Counted from the stretch's first letter, positions 26,702 through 40,846 are shown. The stretch is 64,000 nucleotides of DNA from Vicugna vicugna (GCA_013265495.1 MU058423.1:7698721-7762720), one strand, 5' to 3'. The notes: a model not told the origin generated them from the letters alone. Made by a program: numbers and translations.

Positions 26702-26770
26702 ATGCAGGCGACGTCCAGCCTACTCAACCTCCTGCTGCTGTCTTTGCTTGCTGGATTAGATCCTTCCAAG
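26702..26770 (+). CDS. OLFM3: Olfactomedin 3 (noelin-3/optimedin), first coding exon, signal peptide MQATSSLLNLLLLSLLAGLDPSK; partial CDS continuing beyond the window
   Basis: The ATG has A at -3 and an in-frame upstream TGA at 26675-26677. There are 23 codons with a Leu-rich hydrophobic core and a phase-0 donor AAG|GTATGG. The peptide closely matches the human OLFM3 isoform N-terminus as I recall it (MQATSNLLNLLLLSLFAGLDPSK). Confidence 0.92.
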
Positions 26771-29700
26771 GTATGGGCAATATTTTAACTCTCGTTTGAA
26801 ATAAATGTGCAGTATTTGACGAACCGACTAAAAACGCATATAATTATGCCAAAAAATACTCAAAGAAGGGCACGAAAGACAGCTCTTCCAGCTATTCTTT
26901 GGTGTCTGGCGTATCCCCAATGCTTGGATGATAACAAGGTGAACTACCGGAGGAATAGCTCCTCAAGGTAGAGTCCGGGAGAGAGGGGGGAGGGACCAGG
27001 AGTCAATATACAGCGTATGGGCAGCGGGCAATGCGGCTCTCGGGAGAATTTAGCTTATTTGGTATCCAAGTGCTTAATGTTCTCTTCTGAAGTCAGACGG
27101 GTAATGCAAAGGAGTTAGCAGATAAAACAATGCAATTTGTAATCATGTATTCGGAGCTGGTGAACCGTTTCTTTGTTGAAAGAAGAGTAGCGTTTTCCAG
27201 CTGATCCTGGTCAATAATACTCCCATCGCAGACGTGCTGCGGTTTGTGTCCAAAACATTTGGAATGCTGCTTGTAACACACACGGCAGAGCAGCGGAGCT
27301 CTACTCTCTGCCAAGGCTGAGAGGCGCTGGTAAAGGGGGCTTGTGTTTATTTGCTTATTTCTTTTCATTAAGGAAATTAGGGAGCATTGAGGAAGTTCTG
27401 ATTACCAGTGTCAAGAAACAGGAAGTGAGAACCCTATCAAACTAAGGAGGGCAATAGGAAAGATGAGTTGTCTCATAGCTGTTGAACTCTGCAAATTATC
27501 CAGTACTGGCAATTAAAGTGAACGCTAACCTCTTTTGATAAAAAGTCAGAAAATATGGCAAAATATTTTCAGATTTTCAGGAGTGTATGAGAAAAGTTTT
27601 AGAAAATAAAGTGAGATAATTTGAGAGCTTCTGCATTCTGAGAAAATCGTAATTATCTGGAATAACGTAAGGCATCTGGCAAGAGTAAAGAGATAATTTT
27701 TTAAATTATTTTACTTAACTGGTCAAGAGATATTTGACACAACAGGGAAAATAATGTCATATTATAAAACCACTTAAAGCAGTATTTTGGAATGTTGCAG
27801 TTATTGCAAATAACTGTGTAGTGTACAGAGACTGTTTCTTTTCAAAACTGAATAGAACTAAGATGCAACCAAGCATAACCCAATATGGTGGTTAACTGAG
27901 TATTTCCTAGGCTTAATACAAATGTGAAAACTTAGAATCATGCCATATATACTTATAATTATTTCTGTGCACTTTTCATATTTAGAGAGATCTGATGAGA
28001 ATAAAATCATTTTACTTTAAAGCTATGGCTGTGCTGATACTGTCACTGTAAAATCTTCACACAGTATGTGAATGTCATCTTAATGATCTTAATGGGACAT
28101 TTTACACACTGAGAGGTAGCTTTAAAGCATTTTACATCTAGGTAAAAGTCTTGATTATGCTTTTATACTTTTCTAATCCTTTTTTTTTTCACTTTTTTCT
28201 CTGGATCTACAATGAAACATTCCATCCATTGCCACTTTCATTAAATTATGTTAGTTACAACTTCAAACACATTCTATTATATATCTCATTTGGAATATTC
28301 TTGGTAAAACATTTTAAAAAAGCGAAGCAAGTTCTCAAGTTACTGCATTAAAAAACTTTGACTTAAAGTGAGTTAGTCTTTCTTAAAAATCAATTCAGAA
28401 ATGCAGAGCTTTACTAACAACTTATGTTTGATTTGATTTGTCTGTTATCTTTGATGTATAAATATCTTCACTTCTTGCACCCCATTCTTCCCCAAATTAA
28501 AAATGTATAAACAAAGAAGAGCTTCTGTTAAACAGTGGGATGAATCCTCCAAATAAATGACCCATTTTTAGTTAATGTGATCTTTCCTAGTATTGATAAG
28601 TTTATTTCCATGTATTCAATGACAGAAAACTTTTCTTCCGATTTAACTGTGGCTGTTCGGTACAACTGAGCTGAGAAACCCAGGGAAGGAAAGGCATACA
28701 TTAACTTTTCAAACTGTCCTTTTCAGCTTCTAGATACTGCAATACAGTATGCAAAGAACAGCAGACGGTATTTTGTTCTACACCACATATGCCATTATAG
28801 AGAATATTAAAATGTTCATAGCAAGTGATTTTAATGTGGTAAAAAGTTTTTGGACTGGCAGACAAAATTTTGCTTAAAAAAAGAGAAAAAAAGCTACATT
28901 TGTATGTTTTATCCAACTGTTGTGAATCACCAGACTGTATCACTCCCACCCACCAAAATCACAAACGAAACCACTGAAATCTCAAAATTATTGTCAATTA
29001 GGTTATAAAATAGAAATTTCTTAAACTTTATTTATTATTGTATTAACTACTTAAGGGTTTAGATAATAAAATTAGCATTCATAATGCAAATTATGTTTGG
29101 TGAAACTGAAATTATATTCTGATAATATAGTGGCACACAAGACCACAGTTTTTGGACAAATAAGTAATAATTAAGTAATAACATTTAAATGTACAAGAGT
29201 TTTAAACCACTAATTTTTTACATACTAATGTATTAGGGCTGATATATTTCAAAAATCATATTTTTAAATAAATTCATTTAAGTATTTTTCTATATTATTA
29301 GACTTTATAGTAAACATAAATCATGCATGGATACACACAAACTGGCAAAACAGGAAGCTATTAAAGTTGCACAGACTTTTTTTTAGGTATAGGATTGCCA
29401 CATTTATCAGATATTGGAAATCTAAATCTCAGAGCATGCTTATTATATATTAATTTATCTAAAACACAAAGGCTTTCTAACAATAGCATCAATTCCATTT
29501 CATGGAAAACTATATAACATTTATCTTTATGATCATTTTTCCCAAGACTGAAACCTACAGATCATATATGACATTTTATTAAGTATCTCCATCTTATGGT
29601 AAGATAAATTACTTGAAAGTCAATTTGATTGTAAAAATTTTTTTTAAATGCCCAGACTTCTATATTCATAGGATGAACTTACTTTCACATGCACTTACTT

Positions 29701-31574
29701 TCTTTTCTCTCATTTAATATATCAGAAATTGGCAAGATTAATATCTTCTTTCAGTAATGGAAGGCAATTCAACACTGATCAATTATTTGTATTTGTATAT
29801 GGACAGACTATCAATTTTCCTCTCAAGAAAATCAGGAGAATTATGTTTTCTTAATTAAAATCTTATTAACAACTTTCCAGTTCCATTTGGAAAAACTCAT
29901 GGGTATATCACTTTGCCTATTTTAAGAGATATTAATTAATTTCATTTGTAATGGAGGGTCTGAACCACAGGCAATATGCCAAATCATTATTTATTTAGTT
30001 TAATAAATAAATTAAGAAAAACCAAAGCTTGCAGGAATTCAATTATTGCTCGGTTTTTACAGAGAAAGGAATAGTTCTGTGTAGGAAATTCCTGAGGGTG
30101 GCTGCTAGATGGCATCTCTGTGCTTTTAAACTGAAGGCACAGAGTTCAGTAATGACCTTGATAGTAGGAGAGTGAACCTCTTTTTCTTTTACAAGATTTC
30201 TAGCAGACCATTACTTGAACATTGTAACAAAACAGTAATCCCTGTGAATTAGACCCATGAATTTCTCTGCTCTGCGGTGCTGAACTATGCAAAAAAGAAA
30301 TTTAAATGTGGCTGTGCAGGTTTCAAACAGAACATTTACATCGTTGTCAGATATTGGAGAACAGTTAAAAAGAGGTGATACGGGCATAGCCACATATTGC
30401 AGTGACTGTTGAACTTAAAAGAAGTCATGCTAATGTGACAAACACATTGCAGAATGCCCTAGCATGCTTAGATTGAGAAAGCATTCACTCTTTTCTTACC
30501 CTGAAATATACTAAAGAACACATCACCATAGTGCTTGCTGACAATGAAGACATAAAATGAAACAATGATTCAGCAATAATCTTCAACACTAAACTGTTCT
30601 TTCTGTCCAAAACCCTACCAATTAGAACTCTTGCCTTAAATAAGACATTTTCTTTAAGCCATATAAACATGATGGGAAGCAAGAAAATTTCAATAATTAT
30701 ACTGTTAAATGTTTCATAATATAATACATCATGTGTAAGTGGCTTTGTGTTTTGGTATTGCTAAAGGAAATCACCACAAACCTAAACTGGCTAGAGGTGG
30801 CTTTAGTATATAAATTTAAAGTTCATGTTCTTACAACGTAAATGAAAATTTATAAAAGCAAAACATCAAGAGAAAAAAACTGAGATCAGTTTCGATTTGC
30901 TTTAAAATTCACCTTAAAAGCTATCTTCTCCTGTGTGTCTTATGTGTCAGAGACATCCTCTATACAACAGGATCAACTCAAGTTAGAACAGAAAATATGG
31001 ATCAGTGGCATTTGACATGGACCTGTAATTACACATCAATAAACAATGATGTGATAAAAAGTGAAAAGTTTGACACAGCCCAACAATGTTTTGAAAGAGC
31101 AAATGACTTTCCTACTCTCATTTTATCCCCAGCTTTCTCAACCCAATTAAATATTTATTTTGGAAAGTAAATATTCTTTCCTACTCTTCTCTTGGCAACT
31201 TGAAAAGGTTAAATTGTACTGCTTTCCTTTATTTTTCTAAAGTTCTTATTCATTGTAACTTTGCAACTACTCTTTTTAGAAAATGACTATTGTGACAATC
31301 TGTTCTCTATTGGGAAAACAGCACAAGAGTGAGAAACAAAGGGGGCAGGATTCAGAGTCTGTCATTTCTCATCTCTACTTTGCCACTGACGTATATATAC
31401 GTGTGTATGTATTAAAAATGTATATAATACATATGTTATATATAATACACTATGTTAAATTATATATAATACACACATATATATATGACTTTGGGGAAGC
31501 TGTGACCTCAGTGTTCTCACCTGTACGATGAGGAATCTCTTAAAACTTCTTGGTTAAACTCTAGAATGACTCTG

Positions 31575-31925
31575 TGCTATGGTCTGTATGTGTGTGTTCC
31601 CTCCCCTTCCCATAATACATATGTTGAAACCTAATCCCAAGGTGATGATATTAATATATGGGGCCTTTGGGAGGTGATTATGTCATGAGGATGGAGCCCT
31701 TAGGAATGAGATTAGTGCTCTCATATAAGAGGCCCCAGAGAGATAGCTCGTTCTTTTCATCATGTGAGAATACAAGAAGACTGCTACCCAGAAGAGGGCC
31801 CTCAGCTGACCATGCTGGTACCTTGATCTTGAACTTCCAGCCTTCAGAATTGTGAGGAATAAATAATCCATTTATAAGATGCCCAGTCTGGAGCATTTTG
31901 TTACAGCAGCCCAAACAGACTTAAT
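31575..31925 (+). mobile_element. MaLR LTR (MLT1A/MST-like)
   Basis: tgctatggtctg...ggggcctttgggaggtgatta...catgctggtaccttgatcttgaacttccagccttcagaattgtgag...ttgttacagcagcccaaacagact. Confidence 0.88.
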
Positions 31926-33895
31926 AATATTCTGCTTAATAATATTTGACCATTCATTAAAAATTAGCAAATTCTTTTGTAAGGTATAGCTTGTAAGATC
32001 ATAAACTTTGTGAAAGCTGGGGATCAGCCTGCCTAGATAACTTCGTGACGTTTTCATCTTCTGTGTTTGGCATTTGGAGTCTTCAATTTTCTACTTCCTC
32101 ATGCACCCCCCTCTCCTTCCCTCCTGTCTCCACATTCATGATCCATGTACTCAGGCTTCTATCCATTCACCCACCAAACTCTGCTTCCCTGACAAGATTG
32201 CTTATCAGTCTTGTGGATCTGAAAGCCAACATGTTTCCTACTTCAGCTGTAAGTCTTTAATTTAATGAAAACTTCTCTAGTGACAAGTAAAATGAAAACT
32301 TATTTCCCATACAAAGGGAATTGCTGGTGTACTGAAGATGTGGGAGGTATTTGGGAGGGCTACTTATAAAAAGTTCATGCATATTCATTGCTGACTCTTC
32401 CCAAACAGAAACACCCTTAAATATTTCAGACTGGCACCTATTAGAAAAACCACAATTTTTGTACTAAGAAAAACTTAAAGAAAAAAAAAAGAGACTGGAT
32501 AGAGCTGCAGCTTAGAAGATAAGACTTGGCATTTGACTGTCTTTAAATATTAATAGCCATCATTTGGCTAAAAAAAGAAAAGAAAACTTATTGGCAATAG
32601 TGAAATTAAGAAAGGAAATACAGTAATATCACAAGGAAAATAGTTAATATTTTATACTAACTATAAATGTAGTATAACTTTTAAAAAGTGTGAATCACTT
32701 GAAACTAATATTTACATCAACTATACCACAATAAAAAATAAATAAATTGAAAGGATTAAAAATTAAAGGAAGAAGATAAAAAACCAGACAGTTGACTTTG
32801 TGGGTTAGGTGAGATGAAAGGGAGTGTTTGGGGTCATCTGCGCATCTGCGTCAATGTGTGTGAGTTCACATACGTGAACAAATTATTTCATAGCAGCGTT
32901 AGAATAGTAAGGTAACACAAAAACTATTTAAACATTATCTGCCTAGAATCCAGGTTTAAATTGAAAATGGGATGTGGAAAACTGGTCATCTGTCTACCCA
33001 GTCTGTGCTACTTATCAATTAAAAACTGTGAAGGATTTTTTTTAATGAAGCTAATAGTTTAATGACAATTTTCAAATATAACTTTAAAAATTGTATTCCA
33101 AACTAACAGCATGGTGAAGGAGGGAGCTGGACTTGGGATCACAGGAAGTGGTTTTAAGTCCTAACTGCAACTTCTCAGTGTCACTTAACCACTCTAATGC
33201 CCAGTTTTCATAATTATGGAATCGATGTAATAGCAATGAAATTTATACAGTTGTTGATGATATTAATATACATGAAAAATCTATTTTAAACCATAAAGTT
33301 CTGTGAAAATATTCTACTAACATCAACCAACCTATAGCCAAATCTAAAGTACCACAGAATCTTCAGTGCACCGTATCCTATGGTCACAGGTCTCTCGCGC
33401 TCCTTCTATCTTTCTGTTTCCTCTTCTTTACTTTCAGAGAAGTGAATGCCATTCACATACAATTATCAGCAGGGCTTCTCAGAACCAGTGCACAATTTTG
33501 GTCAAATCTCCAATTTCAACATCTCAGCTTTAAAATTTATATCAGTACTTAATATACCTATAAAGGCACCTCTTATAAGTTTGTTAGAAGAAAATGTAAG
33601 ACGTGAAGAGTGGTTCCATTAACATCAGAGCCAAACCCGTCAAGAAAAGAGCTTTTAAACTAATCATGGAGATGCTCTAACAGAGAGTACAGATATATTT
33701 CAACAAAGGATCTACCAACAAATAAAACTTCTTTTTTGACCATCATGCAAAGTATAGGCTTCTTGCGCCTTTGCAAAGTACAGCAATAATAAAGTACTTT
33801 AAATCCTAAGATTTAAAAATATTAAAGAAAGAAAGTCTAAATAGGAATTGTCTTAAGTTACTCAATCTAAAAATGTTCAGGGCAGAGGGTTGCTC

Positions 33896-34257
33896 TCTTA
33901 GTCCTTTCAGGCTGCTATAACAAAACACCACACACTGGGTAGATCATTAACAACAGAAATGTATTGCTTATCGTTCTGGAGGCTGGGAAGTCCAAGATCA
34001 AAGCACCAGCATGGATGAGTTTTGATGAAGTCCTCTTCCCGGCTCATAGCTGGAGCCTTCTTGCTGTGTTTTCATAAGGTGGAGAGGGCCAGGGATTTCT
34101 GTGAAACCTCTTTTATAATGGCACTAATTCCATTCACGAGGGCTCTGCTCTCATCACTCAAATACTCCTCAAAGTCTCATCTCCTAATAGCATCACCTTG
34201 GGCATTAAAATATCAACATATGAATTCTGGGGGAGACAAACATTCAGACCATACAGT
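33896..34257 (-). mobile_element. MaLR LTR (MLT1A/MST-like)
   Basis: tcttagtcctttcaggctgctataacaaaacacc...gttctggaggctgggaagtccaagatcaa...cattcagaccata. Confidence 0.88.
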
Positions 34258-37202
34258 AATGAAAAAATGACCACTTTTATGAACACAATTCCTTTGTTCT
34301 TTTCTCTTGGATTGCTTTCTCCATCCCTCTGTTTATACTAGTTTCTCTGCTCTTCTCAATAGAGAGACTTCTATAAAGTGCTTGAAAAGACCTGACCCTT
34401 AATTAGACACAATAACGTTTCTCCAGATGTTGCTCATCCAAATGCAAGTCCACCTGAATAACTCAAGAATGGATTCCTTCTTTCCTCAGTTTAACCCATG
34501 TAGATAATACGAAGGGTAAAAACAGATGAGAGCAATTACATCATCTGAAGGATACACTCTACCCATGAACAACTATTACTTAAGAAATACGCTGTTTCCA
34601 AAATACTTGCACACCATACCATGGTGAGGTTTCACTCACTTGTTACTTACTCCAGAGGCAGCAAACCATTTTGGGGAGAGGGAGATGCCCAAGATACAGA
34701 AACAGCATAAGACCATGTAACTTACGTGGCATTAATAAAAATACTCAAAAATGTTGTCAAAACAATCAAAATACACTTTTCTAAAAAAAAAACTTATCTT
34801 TTGTGCTTTAAAGCAAGGTGTTGTAAAGCATATATCACAAAGCTATGCCTTCTGTCATACCAAGCCTTCAGAAGAATAAAAATAAATTCAGAGAAAGGAT
34901 CACAGATGCTGCTGTGCTCATGCCTTTGCCTCTCCTTGGAAAGCTCTTTCCCACTTCCCCATATGTCAAAAAATTACCTACATTTTAAGATGCAACTCAA
35001 ATGTCACTTCTTCCCTAAATCCTTCCCTGATATTCCTTGACCCCCAGGAAGAGGTAATCCTGATAAACTAAGAACACTTATAAGAAAAAAAATCATGTTT
35101 TATTTATCTTTGCACCCACAGCCACTGGCACTGACACAGAATAGGTGTTGGGTGAACACAGATTGAGTTGATCTTCTTCCCCCCGACAATTTGCAAAACA
35201 CTCTATTTCCAGTCACTCTTATTACATTTACCACTTTCTTTTTTTTAAATTGGGTATTTACTGTATTTCGTCTCCCTTACTAAATTATAACGTAGTTGAG
35301 GACAGGCTCTGTGTCTTGGCCATTATCTAATCCTCTTCTATCTATGAACGAGCTCAGTGCCTGCTCAGATATGATACTACTCAGCATGTGTTAAATGAAT
35401 AGATGAACAGGTGAAGGGAAAAACCTTAAAATCTTGGGATAAATTATTCATGAATATAATCTGTTTTTGGTACATGCTCCCATCAGACAGTATTTAGGGG
35501 TAGGAGAGTAAGACTGACTTTGAGAACCTTGTTTCAAGGGCTTAGAACTGTTGTAGCAGGTTATTTATCGTGAAGAAAACACAATTTTTAAAAAAAATCT
35601 GATTAATGTCCTATCCCGTCTCACCATCCTCAGTGCTGCTTTTGACTTTAGGCAACTCTCTGGGATAACACAGACTTAAACAATACTCTTATGAATTACT
35701 GTGTTTCATCCTGCTTCGTGGCAGTTAACATCTCCTCTTATTCCTTGGTGTATGTATAGGTGTCCATTTTATTTGCATAAGTTTGTAAGTCTAAACATTT
35801 CATTAATTTGTGCTTATTGTTTTGATTACCTTTATTTTATGTACTGTCTTATTTTATTGGATAAATTAGTGTATTATCTCTATTTTTCTGCCTCTTTGTA
35901 GGGACTGAGCTATTTTTTAAGGATCTACAATATTCCATTGAAATTATCTTACTATATATTCCTAAAAATAGAAAGGGAAGTATATATTCCCATAGAAAGG
36001 GAAGTAATTTGGCTCCACGTTTGTACTACATTACTCTGAGCACACCACCACCAAGCAGAGTAATGCTGAACGGTTATTAAAAGGAAATAAAGGTAGAGTT
36101 AGATTTATCTGACTTTACCTACCTTGTAACTTCTAAACATAATCAGAAATTCAAATTTTGATAATTAACTTTGTAGGTGAAAACGCTCTGAAAAGAAATG
36201 TCAGTAATAAACCTGCTTCAACAGTACAAGTAAACAGCTATTTAGATAACCCTACAGGGAGGACATAAATTGAATAGACGATCCTTTTTATTTTTCCAAC
36301 TAAACTGAAGGTGATTAAGAAGCATTATCCCATGATGATTTAAATAGCATTACTAGAGGGACCAGTTCCAAATGGCAAGATTTCTTCAGAGATCAGGATT
36401 GGAAATGTTGATTCACTGGCACCAAAATGTCACTGGTGAGATATTGCCTTACAAAAGATGCCATCACTTCTGGGAATGATCCATGTCTATGCCTGCTTAT
36501 GGAATTGTTTATCCTGTGAGTAATTTTACATCTACATGTGTTTTGTGGCGTGGTGACCACATCTTAGTGCATTATCATTACAGTACTAAACGAACTGAAA
36601 TATCTGGCTCAAGACTACTAAAGACTTTTGACTATACTTACTGTATATTATTTATATTGTGTTACAAATATATTCTACTCTTTACAAAAATGTAAGTGCT
36701 AGACAAAGTTAGGGAATAAAATGACTCTAGTTTGACTGCCATATACCTTAAAGCACTTAGGGGTAAGTAGGAAGAAATGTACAGAGAGCTATGATGCTCA
36801 CCCCAAACAGATAGTTATTGTAATATATGGTAACTTAAAACTGGGCATAAGATATTTGAGAGTAAGGAATCAAAGGGCTGGAATGAGTCAATATTTACTA
36901 ATAGTGACCCTCATTGGTACCAAAGCATCATGACTTCATTGTCAGTCAAAGCAACAAAAGACTCCAAATCTAAATATCTATCCTAAAATAAAAATAGAAT
37001 AAGATTTTAAGTGATAAAATTATAAAGGAGTTTACATGCAGCATGGAGGTGAATACATTCAAATACAGTTAAAAGAAAAAGAAGAGATGAGGGGAGATTT
37101 ATACAACAGGCTTGGATTGCAGCTTTTACAGATGATGTATGCAACACATTTGCCAGTGCATATTTAAACATTTCATATGTCGCTTATTGTCCCCTACCAA
37201 TA

Positions 37203-37203
<1 letters not shown>

Positions 37204-37244
<41 letters not shown>
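37204..37244. repeat. (CA)20 microsatellite
   Basis: Direct reading of an uninterrupted run. Confidence 0.95.
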
Positions 37245-37246
<2 letters not shown>

Positions 37247-38401
37247 CTACACAATGATTACATTCATTAATCTGAGATCTATTACTAATTGTTGGCATTC
37301 ATTTTTGGAACAAAGTCTTTAATTTAATTCAAATAATCTTTAATATTTATTGGTAAGAAGAAATAGAAGAAAGAAAAGGCATGAAAACATTCTTAAATTC
37401 CTTTCCCTATCTTTACTTTTATCTAAACTTTGCAGATAAGCAATAGAGACATACTGCATCTTGTCCATGTGTATACAGTCATTTCTTTCGGAAAAGATGC
37501 CTCTCAAGAGACACAGCTTAACTAATATTAATTTAATATGTAAAATGAAGAAAAGGGAGAGAAGCCATAACAAAATCAGAGCAAATTATATAATATTTAG
37601 GAAACTGGAAAGTTCATAGCAGTATGAACAGAGCACTAAATTAGGAGTAAGAAAATCTGAGGCTACTATCAGCTCTGCAACAATCTAGGTCTATGGCTTT
37701 GAGCAATTCACTAAACTATTTTGGTTTCCATTTCCTCATGTACAAAATGAGAATGTTGAACCAAATGCTCTTTTTTTATTGGTAGGTCATCCTAAAATGG
37801 GGCACATTCATGTCTTCTAAATGTAGTTCATCACCCTTTCATCCTTCTTCCTTCTCACAGACTCTCAGATTGTTAAAATGAAGGATAAAATCTAGGCTTG
37901 TTCTACCTCACTGCTGAAAATCAAAGTTATGTCGTTGAGAAAGCCGTAACAATTTAGTTGTGTACATATTGTGAAACAAAAAAAAAACAAGTAAAATACA
38001 TAAGCTCATTTCATATCCCAAGCATGACAGCATATTTAACATTTACATCCTTCCCTTTCATTGGCTTTTGTAGTGACATAGTATGATTCCTACTGTCTTT
38101 ATTTGATGATAGTTAAAACAAAAGAGACTCTTAGAGTTACAGGAAATAGAAAGGATATCCATTTTAATTCTGCATAAAAGCAACAATCTCCTCTGTAACA
38201 TACCTGGTAAATGTTAGCTAGCTTCTGTCCATACGCTTCTAATATTGGAGAGTAAGACAGTATTCAAGTGATTACGTTATTTTTAATTGAAAAAAAAGTA
38301 TTAGAAAGTCTTTTCACTGAGTTATGACTTTCAATGATATTTTCTGCTACTGAGTTATGATTCTTTATGTGGCTAAATATAATTTTAAAAAGTATATGGA
38401 C

Positions 38402-38893
38402 TGTGGTAACAGAATAATGTCCTCCCAAATATGTTCACATCCGAATCCCCAGAACCTGTGAATATATTACCTTACGTGGCCAAAGGGAATTTGTAGATGT
38501 GGCTAAATTAAGAATCTTGAGGTGGGAAGGTTATCCTGGATCTTCTGATGGGATCATGTAATCAAAAAGTCCTTTAGAGGAGACAGGACAGATGCTCATA
38601 GTCAGAAAAAGAACAGAGGATGATAGAGGCAGAGACTGGAGAGAGGTACTTTAAAGATGGAGGAAGAGGCCAAAGGTCAAGGTCGATGCAGGCCATCTTT
38701 AGAAACTGGAAAGCCAAGAAAATGGATTTTTCTCTAGAGCCTCCATAAAGGAAAATAGCCTTGATGACATTTTCATTTTAACCTTGTAAGAATTGTTTCA
38801 GATTTCTGCCCTCCAAAACCTCAAGATACTATGCTTGCATGTTTAAAACCACTGTTTATTGTAACTTGTTGTAGCAGCAACAGGAAACTAATA
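38402..38893 (+). mobile_element. MaLR LTR (MLT1D-like)
   Basis: tgtggtaacagaataatg...aatccccagaacctgtgaatat...ttgtagcagcaacaggaaactaata. Confidence 0.85.
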
Positions 38894-40309
38894 ATTAATC
38901 CAGATGACAATAATTAATATGTAAATACAAAATATAACTCAACCAAATAATGCTGTAGTCTACGCCTGTAAATACTGATTAGAGAGACCATAGATATGAA
39001 ATTACAGTAAAGTCTAGTAATTATAATGTGAAAATTAAAAATTGTTTATTAAAGAGGAAATTAGATTACACATAACTCTAATTGAATTGCATAATAGGTT
39101 ACTGTGTACCCTAGTTGATATTTATAAGATACAAAGTGAGCCTTTTTGTTGTTGCTGCTAAGGAAAGTCTGCCTATAGAATCTCATCCTCAATCTAAGAA
39201 CCAAGTGGTTATCATTTCATTCTTTGCCAGCAGAGGACTTTTAAAGGCATTTGATTTCCGATTCTTTGCACTGGATTTGTTATCTACAGTGAAAATACAA
39301 ATAAATTGTCCACCAGTGACTCAGTAAAATGACGGTAACAGCTCCTTCTGTTCATCAGTCAAATTTGATCTACCAAAGGCACCAGGAAGTCTTCAGATGA
39401 AAGCAGTTTTGCTTAGCGAACCAATGCATGTTACATAAATAAAGGCACAAGCATGATGACTGCTCAGTGACGTTCCACAAAATGTAAGCAGGACACACCC
39501 TTTTACATGCAGTGGTTATGCTGCTGAATTTGCTTCTTTGATCTTAAACAGTTGAGATTTGGTTTTAGCTTTAAAAATTTGTAATAGGAAAAAATAACTA
39601 GTCTAGAAATGAATGATTTTCAATGATATTAATTATCACATGTGGTAAAGCAGTTCATTGGTATTCATATTGTGATAATTTTTTCAACTCATAATTGACA
39701 CTATTCTAGGAGTTGGAAATAAATGAATTTTTTAAAAGGTATAGGTACTACTCTCAAAAAGTTCTTAATATTTTCTTAATATTAGTATATGTACATGTCC
39801 TAATATACTAATACTACATAATACGCTAATATACTAATACTTGTAGTACTAGTATACTAATATTAATATACTAATAATTGTAGTACTGTAATGTATCTAA
39901 TAACAGAGACTTGTAAAGGATGCAGGTAGATCACAGAGAATGGGCAGTAGACTGGGGCATAAGAGAAAATCTCCTGAGGGAGATGATGCTTACAGGAGGA
40001 GCAGCTGAACAATGAAGGGAAAAAAGGCACATTCCACTAAAAAGCAACAGCCTACATGAGGTCACAGAGATGTAAAAGAGCACTTGAGCACTGAAGAGCT
40101 TTTTTATGTGACTTAAGTTCTTTCACTGCTAATCATATGGGAAGTAAGAGAAGATGATGCAGGTGGAAAATGAAAAGAGCTACTGGTGGCATTAAATTCT
40201 TAGAAAAATGATTACCTAAGGAGTCTAAGACTTGACCTGATCAGATTTTAACATATTTCTGGACTTTAAGTACTTTAACCCCAAACAAATAAACAAAACA
40301 AAATGTAGT

Positions 40310-40846
40310 TGTATTAGTCAGAGTTCTCCAGAGAAACGAAACCAATAGGATGTGTGTGTGTGCGTGTATACAGAGACACACATATATGATAAATTTGTGT
40401 ATAATTTATCATGTATAAAAAGATTTATCATAAGGAATTGGCTCATGTGATTACAGAGGCTGATAATTCCCAGTATCTGCAGTCAACAAGCTGGAGATCC
40501 AGGAGAGCTAATGGTGTACTTCCAATCCAAAAGCCTGCAGACTCAACCTAGAATGAGCCAGTGTTTTAGTTAGAGTCCAAAGGGAGGAAACAAAAATTGA
40601 TGACCCAGATCAAAGGCTGTTAGGCAGAAGGAATTTTCTCTCACTCAGTCTTTTTATTCTATTTAAGACTTCAACTGATTGGACAAGGCACACCTACATC
40701 AGAGAGACAGCAATCTGCTTTATTCTGTCTACCAACTCAACTGTTAGTGTCATCCAGAAATATCCTCACAGGCACACCCAAAGTAATGTTTGTAATATGT
40801 GCACCCCGTGGCCCAGTCAAGCTGGTACCTAAAATTAGTCATCACA
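40310..40846 (-). mobile_element. ERVL solo LTR (MLT2-like)
   Basis: tgtattagtcagagttctccagagaaac...gcccagtcaagctg...aaaattagtcatcaca has TG..CA ends and 5-bp flanks gtagt/atagt. Confidence 0.88.

Larger units (their letters stand above)
26370..26720 (+). promoter_or_regulatory. OLFM3: CpG/GC-rich promoter and 5' UTR of OLFM3 exon 1
   Basis: The strongest CpG-dense, GC-rich patch in an AT-rich window, lying directly 5' of the OLFM3 ATG. The exact TSS cannot be read from sequence. Confidence 0.8.

Noticed and set aside
26311..26769. 152-aa antisense ORF with a Ser/Gly-rich run overlapping OLFM3 exon 1
   Set aside because: It has a non-ATG start. Its openness is explained by the GC-rich triplet repeat and the opposite-strand exon, and it has no recognisable domain.
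35953..36006. Short tandem duplications here (tatatattcc...atagaaagggaag) and at ~7615-7660 and ~23610-23650
   Set aside because: These are two-copy slippage duplications with no unique spacers. They are not CRISPR-like and are ordinary in mammalian DNA.
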